From positions 22,160,833-22,224,832 of the forward strand of contig CM119263.1 of NCBI GenBank assembly GCA_051294375.1: a stretch of DNA of 64,000 nt, written 5' to 3'. Each line of letters begins with the position of its first letter. The stretch's first letter is position 1. Origin of the DNA: Paraspadella gotoi (lineage: Eukaryota > Animalia > Chaetognatha). The notes below the pieces were generated by a model. The model saw only the letters and a list, made by a program, of their open reading frames with translations, did no database searches and was not told where the DNA came from. Positions 13,642 through 24,517 of the stretch are shown piece by piece. The translations under genes and the position numbers were made by a program.

Positions 13642-13994
13642 CGAATATTTTTTTTAACAGTTTCAATTGTTACAACTGTTTTCGATTCGATTCACTTAAG
13701 TATTCAAATAATGAGATAATTTGTAGTTGATTTTTCGAGGATTTCCTCGGCTGAGGTATACGCTTCGGCTCAACATTCGCGACGGGACTGATAATGTTTT
13801 TTCCTCCCCTTAGATCGACACTCCAGTTTGACTTGTGTGTCAAGGGGTGGATTTCTTAAAGGTCGTTTAGTTTTTGTCGTTGTTGTTGTTTCTTTATATA
13901 ATTGTTGTTGTTCGATTTAATGAAAAGACTCGGGCAAAAGACTTCAACGAGAGTCAGAAGGAGTTTGATTAAAGATTTCGCCGAACAGAGAGAG

Positions 13995-14072
<78 letters not shown>

Positions 14073-14661
14073 AAGGAGACGATTCTCTTTGGCGATTAAG
14101 GCGTCGAAGTCTTTCGAAAAGATTAGAGAATTCTCATCGACACTAAAAGAGATTACAATCACATCCCCCACCGCCCCATCCCTCCACCCTTTCACCACCT
14201 CCGCGCCACCCCGCCACCCTGCCACCGCTACCTTCTCTCATCCACTTTCCTCGTTTGGTCTCATTTTCTTTCTTTGCCTTTGGTTCTTTTTTTTTTCCGT
14301 GGTGGGGGCGCTAACGGATCTAACTGGAAAGGCGGAGCGGATAATTTGTGTTCACCTTTTCGTGGTTTTGTTTATCTCAAAGGTTTCGTTCATGTTATCT
14401 CTCTCTCCTCTCGTCTCTCTCTCTCTCGTCTCTCTCTCTCTCTCTCTCCTTCCCTTCTCTCAAGCTTTCTTTCCATTTATCTTTTCTTTCCTTCTTTCTC
14501 ATTTACTCTCCCCTTTTTTTTCAATCTTTATCTTCGTTTTTTTTCTTCTCGCCGACAAAATCTGGTTTTTTTCTCTCGGTCCAGTTTGGATCATTTTCTT
14601 CATATTACATCTACTTGGTCGGTCAACCGTGGAAAGGTTCCTCTCTCTCTCTCTCTCTCTC

Positions 14662-14699
<38 letters not shown>

Positions 14700-15409
14700 T
14701 CTCTTCTTCTTTCTCTCTCTCTCTCTCTCCCCTTTTTTTTCTCTCTCTGAAGCTCAGATTTTAGCATTGGTAATGAACCCCAAATGCGTTGAAGACGAGC
14801 GAGAAATTTTTCTTTCCCTCGTTTGGTTTTTATATATAGAAATTGTGGGTTTTGGTTTAATCAACCGTCGATATTTTGATGCATCTTCTGTTCCAGCGAC
14901 GGCAATCTCCCGTGAATAAACTCTTACAAGTTATAAATGATAAATTTAGATAAATTGTGAAATCTTATGACTGTTTCAAACCGAGGTTTCTCAGCTAAAT
15001 CAAAATCTTTCAAAAGAAAAACCTTTTCTATTTTGCTTTAATTAGAAAACTTTCCTTTCTTCTCTTTTGAAACCAACCAGTTTTTTTTTGTTTTTTTTTC
15101 CTTTTTTCATTTTCTTCCCCCCCCCCTCATTCTCTTTTGTTTTCTCTCTCGGTTCCTCTTTTCTCTTTCCTTCCTCATTCATTATTTAAAAGAGGATTTA
15201 CTTCACCGAAAATACAGCGGAGTTCCTTTTGGAGACCGATGCCGCATGGAACGTAAAATGTCACGCTCGCTCGAACTTTATTTTTATACAGTGAAGAGAC
15301 AATTAGCAAAGATACTACGAATTTAAGCTGTTTCCGTATTGATTATTTTTTCCTGTTAATTTAGTCAGAACCGGAAAACTTTCGAAGGAAGGATTTTCCG
15401 AATCAGTGA

Positions 15410-15670
15410 CGACCAATTCCACTCCGCTTCGTTTAAACGGTTGCCACGCCCACCGGTCGGGAGAGTCCACGAATTTGCTTAGCGAAGCGCGCATGCGCAG
15501 AGGGTTTGAAAATTTTCTTCGCTAAATCTCTTTTTTAACGCCACACGTGAGTCTCAGACGTTGCACTCTAGATGCCACCGCCCACGTGTCTGGTTGAAGG
15601 AAGAATAATTACTTAGCTGCGCGCGTTGGTTTCTTCCTCACGTCATTTCACTGGTTTCGGCTTCCGAGTT
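15410..15670. promoter_or_regulatory. Promoter/enhancer-like motif cluster
   Basis: CCAAT (~15413), KLF/Sp GCCACGCCC (15443-15451), NRF1-type GCGCATGCGC (15489-15498), two CACGTG E-boxes (~15545, ~15583) and a half-CRE CACGTCA (~15638), all in a CpG-rich patch. Confidence 0.5.
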
Positions 15671-16150
15671 TTTTAACTTTTCAGAGAAAAGAAAATGGTT
15701 ATTGAAACGTGTCCTTTGGGTGTCGTCTGGCTCAACCATCTCCCAGAATCATCTTCCAAGATGCATCTATATGAATGAAAGCACGTCTGCAAATTCAATC
15801 ATCTGCTCAAAGCTAATCATCTGGATGTAAGTCATTTCTCTTTGAAGCTTCATTCTCAAAAAAAATAAAAGCAAGATTGAGACAAGTCATTCTCTAAATC
15901 ACAAATCACTGATGAGATCCTGTCTCTCATTCTCAATCTTATCCTATCTCTTTGCTCACATTCTCAAACACACCTCCACATCCTCCTCCATCTCTTTCCG
16001 CCCCCTCCCCCCCTTCCACCCCCTTCCACCCCCTCCCCCCAAAAAAAGAGAAAAAATCTGGGAATGGTCCCCCTGCGTCTGAATTATCGCTTCCGTCCCG
16101 AAGCCACAAAAGAAGCATCTCGCGTCTATAAAATCCATCGGCGCCGATGA

Positions 16151-16325
16151 TGCCATCAACTGCCATCAACTGCCGCCGCATCTGCCATCAGCTGCCGACG
16201 CATCTGCCTTCAACTTCCGACGCATCGGCCATCAACTGCCGACGCATCTGCCGTCAGCCGCCGCCGATAATGCCATCAATCGCCGCAGCTATTACCATCA
16301 ACCGATGCCGCATCTGCCATTAATG
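16151..16325 (+). repeat. 22-bp GC-rich minisatellite (TGCCATCAACTGCCGACGCATC), ~5 good copies plus degenerate ones
   Basis: Units start at 16161, 16183, 16205, 16227, 16249 and 16271. Confidence 0.85.
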
Positions 16326-16786
16326 CCGCCAACGCCACAGACCGCACGGAGTTTTTTCCATCGCCGTCGGTGGCGTCGTTTTAACTATACCAGAGATGTC
16401 GCTGTATTAACCAATATCTGTGTCCGTTAGGTAATTTATCTATTTATTTTATGTATTATGTATTATGTAATATTAAGCTTAATATTTACATCAATAAATC
16501 TAAAAGTTTATTATTGTAAAAAATCATTTAATATAGTAAGAAAAGTAATTTCGCAATTTTCATGCGATGTCAACGACAACCGAATTGGACATTTAACGAC
16601 ACCGAATCAACGATCATTACCAGTCCCGGTTCATCCGTCGTTACCATTAACGGCATTAACTCCCTCTACCGAACGCCGCCCACAGATTCCGCGCCGGAAA
16701 TTTTGATTTCGGCGCCAAATGACGGAAACGGCGCCATTTTGGAAGGACGTCGGGAAATTTCCGTTTCGCGTGAGAGCGTGGGAGAT

Positions 16787-16889
<103 letters not shown>

Positions 16890-17103
16890 TTTTGTAGATG
16901 GATTTCCGGCGGGACTTTTATTTCGAGTAATGGCGTCGATAATGATGTCGCGAGGGGAAGAAAAAGAGGAAAGGATCGACGGGGGAGGAAAGGAAAAAAT
17001 GAAAAAAGGAAGGCTTATCGTTTTTAAACAGGCTTGGATCGATCCCGGTACCTAATAGTCAATAGATGAAAGCTTTACTCAATTTACCAACCGGCCAGAA
17101 GTG

Positions 17104-17136
17104 ACATATACGGTACACAATGTGTACCGTATATGT
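17104..17136. repeat. Perfect inverted repeat, 16-bp arms, 1-nt spacer
   Basis: ACATATACGGTACACA-A-TGTGTACCGTATATGT. Confidence 0.95.
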
Positions 17137-18903
17137 GTGTACTATATATGTGTACTACACATACAGGAGGGGTTAAATTAACTTTCGAGCCGAGCTGGCT
17201 CGGGATGATTCCACATTCCTCAGCCTCGGAACGGCTCGCGAGCATAGATCGCCTTGAAAAGCCCGAGGGCGCCCGAGAATGACTCCCCAAAGCCGCGGGC
17301 CGATTTACGTAGCGAGAGATTCCACGTCATTTGTTTTCATTTGGTGCCACCTTTTTTTAAATTTTTTTTTTCTCCTCTGCATCCAACGACGCAACAATCG
17401 ACGATCGATCACAGGAAGAAAACCTGAGATTCACGTGAAACAGATTTACATATTCGCCGTTCGGGGAATTTTCCATCCAGGGGGAAAAAGACTGTGGGGA
17501 GTAGATGTGGATTGTGAATGTGGGAGCGTGTGGGCGGAAATGTTTTGGAAGGATTCATTTAGTATAACGCAATAGTAAAAAAAGGTTGTCATCTTTGATC
17601 GGATGTGGATGAAAAAGTTTGGATTAAGATGGAACCATTCAACTTTGGTTGCACAATACAACTACTAGTGCTCGGGGATGATAAAAATCCCCAAGGGTTG
17701 CATAATTTTTTCCTGAAAAAATTTGAGTTGTTGCGAAAAGAAAAACAGGCGACGTCTTTACAACGCGTCCATTGCGTTTCTTACTCCCTTTGAGATGAGA
17801 AAAGGAATGAACATTTCGGACGGACACAATTTTCGGAGGAAGTAAAATTGAAAAGAGCCGAAGGAAATAACGGGACCATAAGTTTAGAACAGATAATTTT
17901 CACATTACAAACGCTAACCAATTAGCGGAGCCGTTCATGAACATTGAACAATTTATCTTCATCTTAATCTTTATCTTGTTATATATAATTTCATTAAAAT
18001 TATTATATTTGCATTTGCATATGAAAAATTGCAAGATTACTTGTTTTACTATATTAAACTAAATAAGACTAAATTTTAAAACGATTAAACTTAAAAGTTT
18101 CACACAACCATCATATCCATTTCATTTTTTAAGTCGAAAAACAACGACTTCACTATGAAAATGAGTTTTAATTTCATGGAAATGGAATAATAATGATTAA
18201 AATTAAATACCCTCCATATGACATAAAGGACATTTCACATATGATATGTGAAATGGTTATCTTAATCGTCGTATGTATAATTGTATATATGTATATATAT
18301 GTATATATTATTCGAGGTTTTTTTCACTATTTAACTTTTTTTTATTATTTTTTCTTTCCCTTTTATTCCTTCATTCGTTCATTCTTTCTCTTTCTTTCTT
18401 TATACCGCTACCTCTTATTCTTTTTCCTTCTCTTCTGCCACTCCTCTCTCTCTCTCCCACTTCTTCTCCCAAACGCAACATCCATGACGGTCGGTCGCTC
18501 GCCGAGAGCCGATTTCCGCTCCGCTTAATGAACGTCGGGGATAAAAAAATAAAACATCAGGGATAAAAATAAAACGAAGAGGATAAAAAAATAAATTCCT
18601 CGTCGTCGTCGTCGTCGTCGTCGTCGACGTCGGTTATCGGCCAAGGGGGTTTTCCCTTTTTTTCTCTACGCAAAAACAAACATTAATGGATAACAAAACG
18701 AGGGGCGGTGAAATTGTAGGCTTGAAGAGTGAGGGTAAGGTAGGGTAGGGTAGGTAAGGTAGGGTAGGTTAAAATGATGTTGTAGAATGAGTAAGCTTTT
18801 GGAAGTGGTGTTTTTTGCCAAGTATTGGGGCTCGAGAAGCTCCGTGCTTAATATTGAGGATGGACAAATGTTTCGAGACAGATGGTAAGGATAAGCTACC
18901 ATA

Positions 18904-18952
18904 AATTTTTTTTTAGTTCTCATTATGCCATAATGAGAACTAAAAAAAAATT
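18904..18952. repeat. Perfect inverted repeat, 24-bp arms, 1-nt spacer
   Basis: AATTTTTTTTTAGTTCTCATTATG-C-CATAATGAGAACTAAAAAAAAATT. Confidence 0.95.
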
Positions 18953-19356
18953 ATAAAATTTTTAAAAAAATGATTAAATTGGAAAAAATCCATAAGGCGT
19001 AGCATTTGAAAATAGATTTCAAGTCGGGCGCTTATAAATTTTTTAATTTTTAAAATAATTTAATTATTTTGTATAGTTTTCCCCCTAATTTTTATTTCTT
19101 TTCTAAAATATTTTCTCTTGACCTTAAGCGCCGGTTAAAAAGCCTCTTCAGCGTTGGGCGTTGACGCGGAAAAATCTACGAGCTTAAATACTCGCTCGGG
19201 CGCAAAAACTACAACAACGACAACAACTACACCATTAACGTTTATGTCGGTTTTTAAGTCTGTCCCCTTTGAAAGAGACCGAGCAACGGGAACCTCCTTC
19301 GAGGCCGCTGGGAGAAAAACCAAGTTTCCTTTAAATAACCCACGGTTTTTCTATGG

Positions 19357-19398
<42 letters not shown>

Positions 19399-19648
19399 AT
19401 TTCCCGGCGGTTTGGACGAGCGGAGATAAAGTTTTTATCGCTTGACCTAATATCGCTGACTTGGCACCGAAGAAAATTGGAATCCTCTTCCAGGAGAAAA
19501 AAAAAATCTTTTTTTTACAATAGCTTCTCTTTCATTGCTTTTTATCATTTTTTTTTAAAGTGTGTTAAGAGTACATGACGCCTTTATGGCAAACAAGGAA
19601 GATTCATTCGAATCTTTGCACTGAATAGATCTTTCTGCCTCACTGCTT

Positions 19649-19654
19649 TTTATT
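19649..19654 (-). promoter_or_regulatory. Candidate polyadenylation signal AATAAA for the minus-strand gene
   Basis: TTTATT on the plus strand ~570 bp downstream of the stop codon. The hexamer is common in AT-rich DNA, so this is weak evidence. Confidence 0.35.
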
Positions 19655-20221
19655 TTTCGAAAAACACAAAATCCATTCAATCAACAGCCAGTTCTATATT
19701 TCGAATTTTAGAAACAAACAAGTTTGATAACGAACAGAGATACTGTGAAAAAAATAAATAAGAAATAAAAAACGCGAAGGAAAAAAAAAAAGACTGGAAC
19801 TGGAAACTAAAAACTAAAAACTAGAAAAGAAAGAAATTGATTGTCGAGGGGATTGTAAGAATCTCCAAAGGGGCACATGAGGGGGACGGGATCGAAATCT
19901 CGTGAGGGAAGATGGAGACGTTCATAATTTTACGGAAAAAAAATGAAAGAAGACAAGAAAAACTCGTGTTATTTTCTTTAGCAGCGAACTTTTTTCTCAA
20001 AAAGACCATTTGGATACTTTTCGAAAGGGGAAGTAAATTGGTAACAGAAATTGCCTTTCGCCGTAAAAATCATTACAGAGACAATTAGGCATCGATTAAA
20101 TAAATGACGTGACATGAAAGCTTACGACGTCGTGCATTTTCTGATTCGGTTTTCAAATAACAATATCGTTCACCAAACTTAGTTTAGTAGTAGTAATCAA
20201 TCCGGTTCAACAGAGTCAACA

Positions 20222-21518
20222 TCAAACCGGTCGAATCGTTCCTCGATCACGAAACTCCGCAACCTCACCGACTTCACCCGGCTCCAACACTTCGTCCTCG
20301 ATGCCGAAGAACTCCTTCAACATTCCAAGTTCCACCTCCTCCATCTTCTTCTCTGCCGCCTCTCTCTTCAGTTTCCAATTGTCGGTGTTTCGATCCCACG
20401 AAACGCGGGAATTCCGCCTGCGCTGAAGCGGCTGTTGCGGATCCTGAGGCTGCTCCTGCTCAGGGGCGTCCGTGCTCTCGGACAGCAGGGACCGATGCAA
20501 CAGAGCGGAGGGACGCTTGTAAGTCGGGACGCAGACACCCTCGGCGAGAGATTCGAGGATCATCTGTTGCTCAAAAACAACGGGATCTTCGATAAACGGT
20601 TTTGGCGGGGGAGGCGGCGGAGGGCTCTTATGCGGCACGGAATATTGATGTTCCTTTGGGGGATATTGTTGTTGCAAGTGCAGCAGGATCTTGGGCTCCG
20701 AATGGTCTTTTATCTCGGCGGCCACTTTGACTGGTTTGACCGGACTCCTCGTCGCGTCCGCCTCCGTACAGATGCCTTCGTCTTCTTCAGCAGCCATCGC
20801 CTCGAACATCCGCTGCTGCGTCTCGTGTAGCCGCCGCAGCTTATGCCGCTTTTGACGCAGCAGCATTTCGGCTGAGTCGACTCCCGGCTCCGGAATGAGC
20901 TGCTTGACGCATCTTCGGTCGTTCCTGCCGGTCGGAGGTCGGCCCCGCTCCGGCACAAGCTCCGGTGTCAGCTCCAACAGCAGGGGACGCGCGGGAGCTG
21001 CGGCAAGCATCATTCTCGGCGGCTTCGCCGGTGGAGTGACCGACGTCTGGCGGCGTTCAAATCCGGCGTCGACCTCGTCCACGACTAACTCTTTAATTAA
21101 CTCCTGCGCCTCCAACTCTTCCGTGGGCGTGGAGGAATGCCACTTCCGGTGCTCGATCTCTAAGAGAACATCGGAGTCGTAGTCGGAATCGCCCGCCGAC
21201 GACGCCGACGACAGGAGTTTGGCGACGGCTTCGTTGCGTCGCCGATGGGACGCTAATTCGTCGGCAAATTGGCGGAGACTGGCCGGAGGGTTGTCGAAGG
21301 ATGCCTCGGAATCGCTCGTCGACGCAGAGACGCTCTTGGATGAAGGCGAGGCGGAGTGGCGGGGTTTGAAAAAGGATCGGCGTCGGGGTGGAGGTTGAGG
21401 TGTTGGAAGGCGTTCAGGATCGGAGGTGTTGAGTGGAGGAAGAGGTGGTAAGGGCATTGTGGGAGCCGGTGGTAAGTTCACCACGAGACCGACGATTGGA
21501 GATTTTTCCGGTTTTTTT
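20222..21518 (-). CDS. Terminal coding exon of the same gene (Pro/Ser/Glu-rich, predicted disordered with short coiled-coil-like segments)
   Basis: Acceptor TTTATTTTTCAG|A (AG at 21520-21519) after a 170-bp intron. Joins in frame (K-KKPEKSPIVGL-VVNLPP) to the 420-aa ORF ending TGA at 20222. Total CDS 350+348+1297=1995 nt = 664 aa + stop. Confidence 0.9.
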
Positions 21519-21688
21519 CTGAAAAATAAAATTAAATGGTTGAAATATTAAAAATATAAATTTGATTAAGAAATCCTAGTTTAATCTAGGATTTAGGGTA
21601 ATCGTTCGCAAGTTTTCACTCTGGTAATGCATGTTGTTTCTTTACTCATTCTTTCTCTCGCAAAATATATCCTCCTATCCGCACTTAC

Positions 21689-22036
21689 TTTTTTCCCTTC
21701 AAAATCCGTCCGATCGTTTTGGCCCAAGTTCTGAGAGGAGTTCTTTTGTTTTTCCCGGTTTTCCCGTCCACCGTGCTGTATTGGGCGACGCTGCAATCGC
21801 TCCGAAAACCGGAACTGTCGACGGCGCTGTGGTCGATACCGGCGTAGCGTCCGTCGAGTTCGTCCTCGACGCCGATTTGGTCGACGCCGCTTTTAACGCC
21901 GGAAGAGACGACAGCGGCGTCGATCTCCAAATCCTCGCGCGTCATTCCTTCGCGATGCAAGAGCATCGAAATCGAAGCCTCGTAGTCTTTCTTGATTTTC
22001 ATGCAACTGAGGGCCAGGTTAACTTTGCCGTCCAGC
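21689..22036 (-). CDS. Coding exon 2 of the same gene (LDGKVNLALSCMKIKKDYE...TIGRILKGK)
   Basis: Acceptor TATTACAG|G (AG at 22038-22037) after a 93-bp intron. The split codon AG+G (Arg) joins in frame to ORF 21685..22002. Ends AA|GTAAGT (GT at 21688-21687, phase 2). Length 348 nt. Confidence 0.85.
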
Positions 22037-22129
22037 CTGTAATAGCAGGAAACACGTGATATTGATCAAAACAATGTCTAATTTTTCATTTTTATATTTT
22101 CTATAACAAAATTTCGAAGCATAACTCAC

Positions 22130-22479
22130 CTATACTGCTGCGCCCTAAGGAGCCATTTCTCTTCCTCGGCCGAGTATTCCCTCAATACTTTCGTTAACCT
22201 CTGCCTTCTCTTCGTCTCCCGCGCCTCTCGTCTCCGCTGACTGCGGCGCTCCTTGCTGAAGTAGCTCCCGTCCAGCACGTCGCCGAGGACGCTGCCATTT
22301 GCGCTGTTGCTGTGGCTGCTGTTTCGGCTGCTGTTAAAGGTGCTGTTGAAGCTGCGGCTGAACTTGGAGCGGAAGCTGTTTCCATCCGGAAGGACGCTGG
22401 TCGTTAAGTCCGGAACCATTTTGAGGTTGTATTTGATTTGATTTTTTCGTGAGGTTTCGTTTTGGTTTAAATTAATCAT
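22130..22479 (-). CDS. Coding exon 1 of an uncharacterised 3-coding-exon gene (~664 aa; ~644 aa if the ATG at 22419 is used)
   Basis: ORF MINLNQ...RAQQY. In-frame upstream TAA at 22533-22531, so the ORF is 5'-complete. Ends AG|GTGAGT (donor GT at 22129-22128, phase 2). ATG at 22419 has AAAATGG context. GC-rich coding-like composition against AT-rich flanks. Confidence 0.8.
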
Positions 22480-22598
22480 TGGGTCGCATTGAAAAATGCG
22501 TTTGGGGTCGTCTCTTTAAGACGTCATTATTTACAAATGTTGTTCTCCGGCTCGAATCGTTTGAATCTGCAGAGAAGATATAAAAATGATTAGTTAGG
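22480..22598 (-). other. 5' UTR part of the exon plus 3' splice site of an upstream intron (implies an unlocated upstream non-coding exon)
   Basis: Minus strand reads CCTAACTAAT (branch-point-like), a pyrimidine tract, then TCTTCTCTGCAG|ATTC with AG at 22568-22567. Confidence 0.65.
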
Positions 22599-22676
22599 TA
22601 CATGTAAATGTGATTGTGAAAGGAATAAACGGTAGCGTAAAAGCATCACAAGGAATGTTTATAATGTTAGGAAGGA

Positions 22677-22935
22677 GTAAACAAACAATAACCCCGAAAG
22701 CATTTCTGTTTTCTTTAAACAAAAGGTAAACAATCCGCGTCTTTTTTTTTTCTCGATCTGGAAATCGTAAACAAAATCATCGATTCTTTTTTTCCTTGAT
22801 CGAGTAAATCGTAAACATAAATCGTAAAGATTTTAAGTGGATAACTTTTTCTTTTTTCTTTTGTTGTTAGCTATTTTTTTTCTTCTAGTTTTACGATCTC
22901 GCTTTCCCATCTTTTGTCTTTCTCTCGTTTTACGA
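22677..22935. promoter_or_regulatory. Homotypic motif cluster: 4x GTAAACA (Forkhead-type) and 5x TCGTAAA (posterior Hox/Cdx-type) in the upstream intron
   Basis: GTAAACA at 22677, 22726, 22767, 22811. TCGTAAA at 22765, 22809, 22822, and its reverse complement TTTACGA at 22890, 22929. Confidence 0.45.
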
Positions 22936-23629
22936 TTTTCCGGCTTCTTCGTTCACATGCTTTTATTATTTTTCAACAAAAATTGACGAGAAAGACAAGA
23001 AGGAAAGATATTAAAGCCATATTTTTCAAAAGTGCCTATTTTCAGTTCAAATTCAGAATGAAATAAATAAAGTTAAAAACAAGCATTGGTTAAGATTAGG
23101 GATTATAATTAAAAATTATGGTTAAGGATTGGATTAATAAGTTATAGGTTTGTAAGCAGATTAGAGTTAAATATTAAGGTTAAAAGTTCAGGTATTAAGA
23201 ACAGAAATGGAGGTCTTTTAGAAAATAGTGCCGATATTAGAAAAACGGAAAGCCAGTAACAGTCAAAACAACCCCAAAAAAAAGACGAAACAGAAAAAAC
23301 ATAACGGAATGTATCGAAAACAAAATCTAAGAACTCCCCGCGAGACGACCCCGCCCCAGATTTTGAGGAAACGAAAAGAAAAAAAATGCGTGAGAGTTGC
23401 CCGAGTTTCCCACGGGCATCTCGACGCGGACCGAGCGGTTTTTCGGGCAAAGAATTCGGTCGGGCATCGGGAATCCGGACGAAACGAGTTCGAACTGTCG
23501 TCATCTTAAGAATATGAAGAGCGAAGATATTGTGATGATGGTTTTTGGACAGAATCCAGTTTTTTCTCTTTAGCATCGGTGGTTGAGAAATGATTTAGAT
23601 GTCGCCTGTGAACTGGACAACTGGGTAGC

Positions 23630-23678
<49 letters not shown>

Positions 23679-24440
23679 ATCAAAGATGGTATAATATAAA
23701 GATGATAGGAAGCGAACGGGTCGCCGAAAAGGGTCAACCGCGAAGAGAGAAATTCGATTCTTGGGCCGAAAAAAGTTATTTTTACAACGACAGGGCTTTA
23801 CGCATTTTATACGTATTGGTGAGAATTTAAAGAATTAAATGAAATAAATATCGTGTTTTTTTTTCTCTTTTCGTTGCGTTGTAGATTTAAGGAAAACGAA
23901 ATTTTTGTTTTGTTTTTTTGGTTTGTTTTTTTTTTTTTAATCGCTAGCAAAAAAGTCGAAAACATTTACGATTTCCTTAATAATATCAAAAACAAAAGAA
24001 AGAAATACATAAAATTAAGCATTTATGAGAGAATTAATTAAAATAAAATAATTACTATCAATTTAGGACGAAGAGGCTAAATTTAAAGTTTGTTAAAAAA
24101 AATAAATTGATTGATTGATGAGAAAGACGCAATCAACAAGACTTATCACCATCGTCGGAAAACGGCGGGAAAAAAAGCGTTCGAACTGACGGACAGACAA
24201 AAAGGACTGACAGACCGACAGAGGCGTTGATGGAAAGAAGGATCCGATTCGAAAGGCTGGAACTTTTCCCATAATGGGGTCATTTCCTCTTTTTTTCTCC
24301 ATTTTATTTTTTTTTTCTAGTTTTTTTTTAGAAAATAATATTATTGGATTTTCTTTTTTTTTTTTTGTTTTTTTGGCAAAATGTCAAAATCGCTTCAGTT
24401 TCTGTACGACGTCGACGGGAATGAAGGGGGAATAAAAGAA

Positions 24441-24517
<77 letters not shown>

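Noticed and set aside
14089-14919. 276-aa hydrophobic ORF resembling a multi-pass membrane protein
   Set aside because: Translation of (CT)n and T-rich low-complexity sequence (SLSLSL, F-rich); several frames are open at once and there is no exon-like composition.
16388-16406. CTCF-like CCAGAGATGTCGCTG
   Set aside because: Needs a gap or several mismatches to fit the core motif.
18731-18770. Telomere-like (GGGTA/AGGT) tract
   Set aside because: Short and irregular; not a canonical TTAGG/TTAGGG array.
21571-21594. 9-bp stem hairpin AAATCCTAG/CTAGGATTT in the 170-bp intron
   Set aside because: Short AT-rich stem compatible with chance; no snoRNA or miRNA hallmarks seen.
20435-22059. Plus-strand ORFs of 131, 95 and 142 aa
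   Set aside because: Antisense shadows of the GC-rich minus-strand coding exons.
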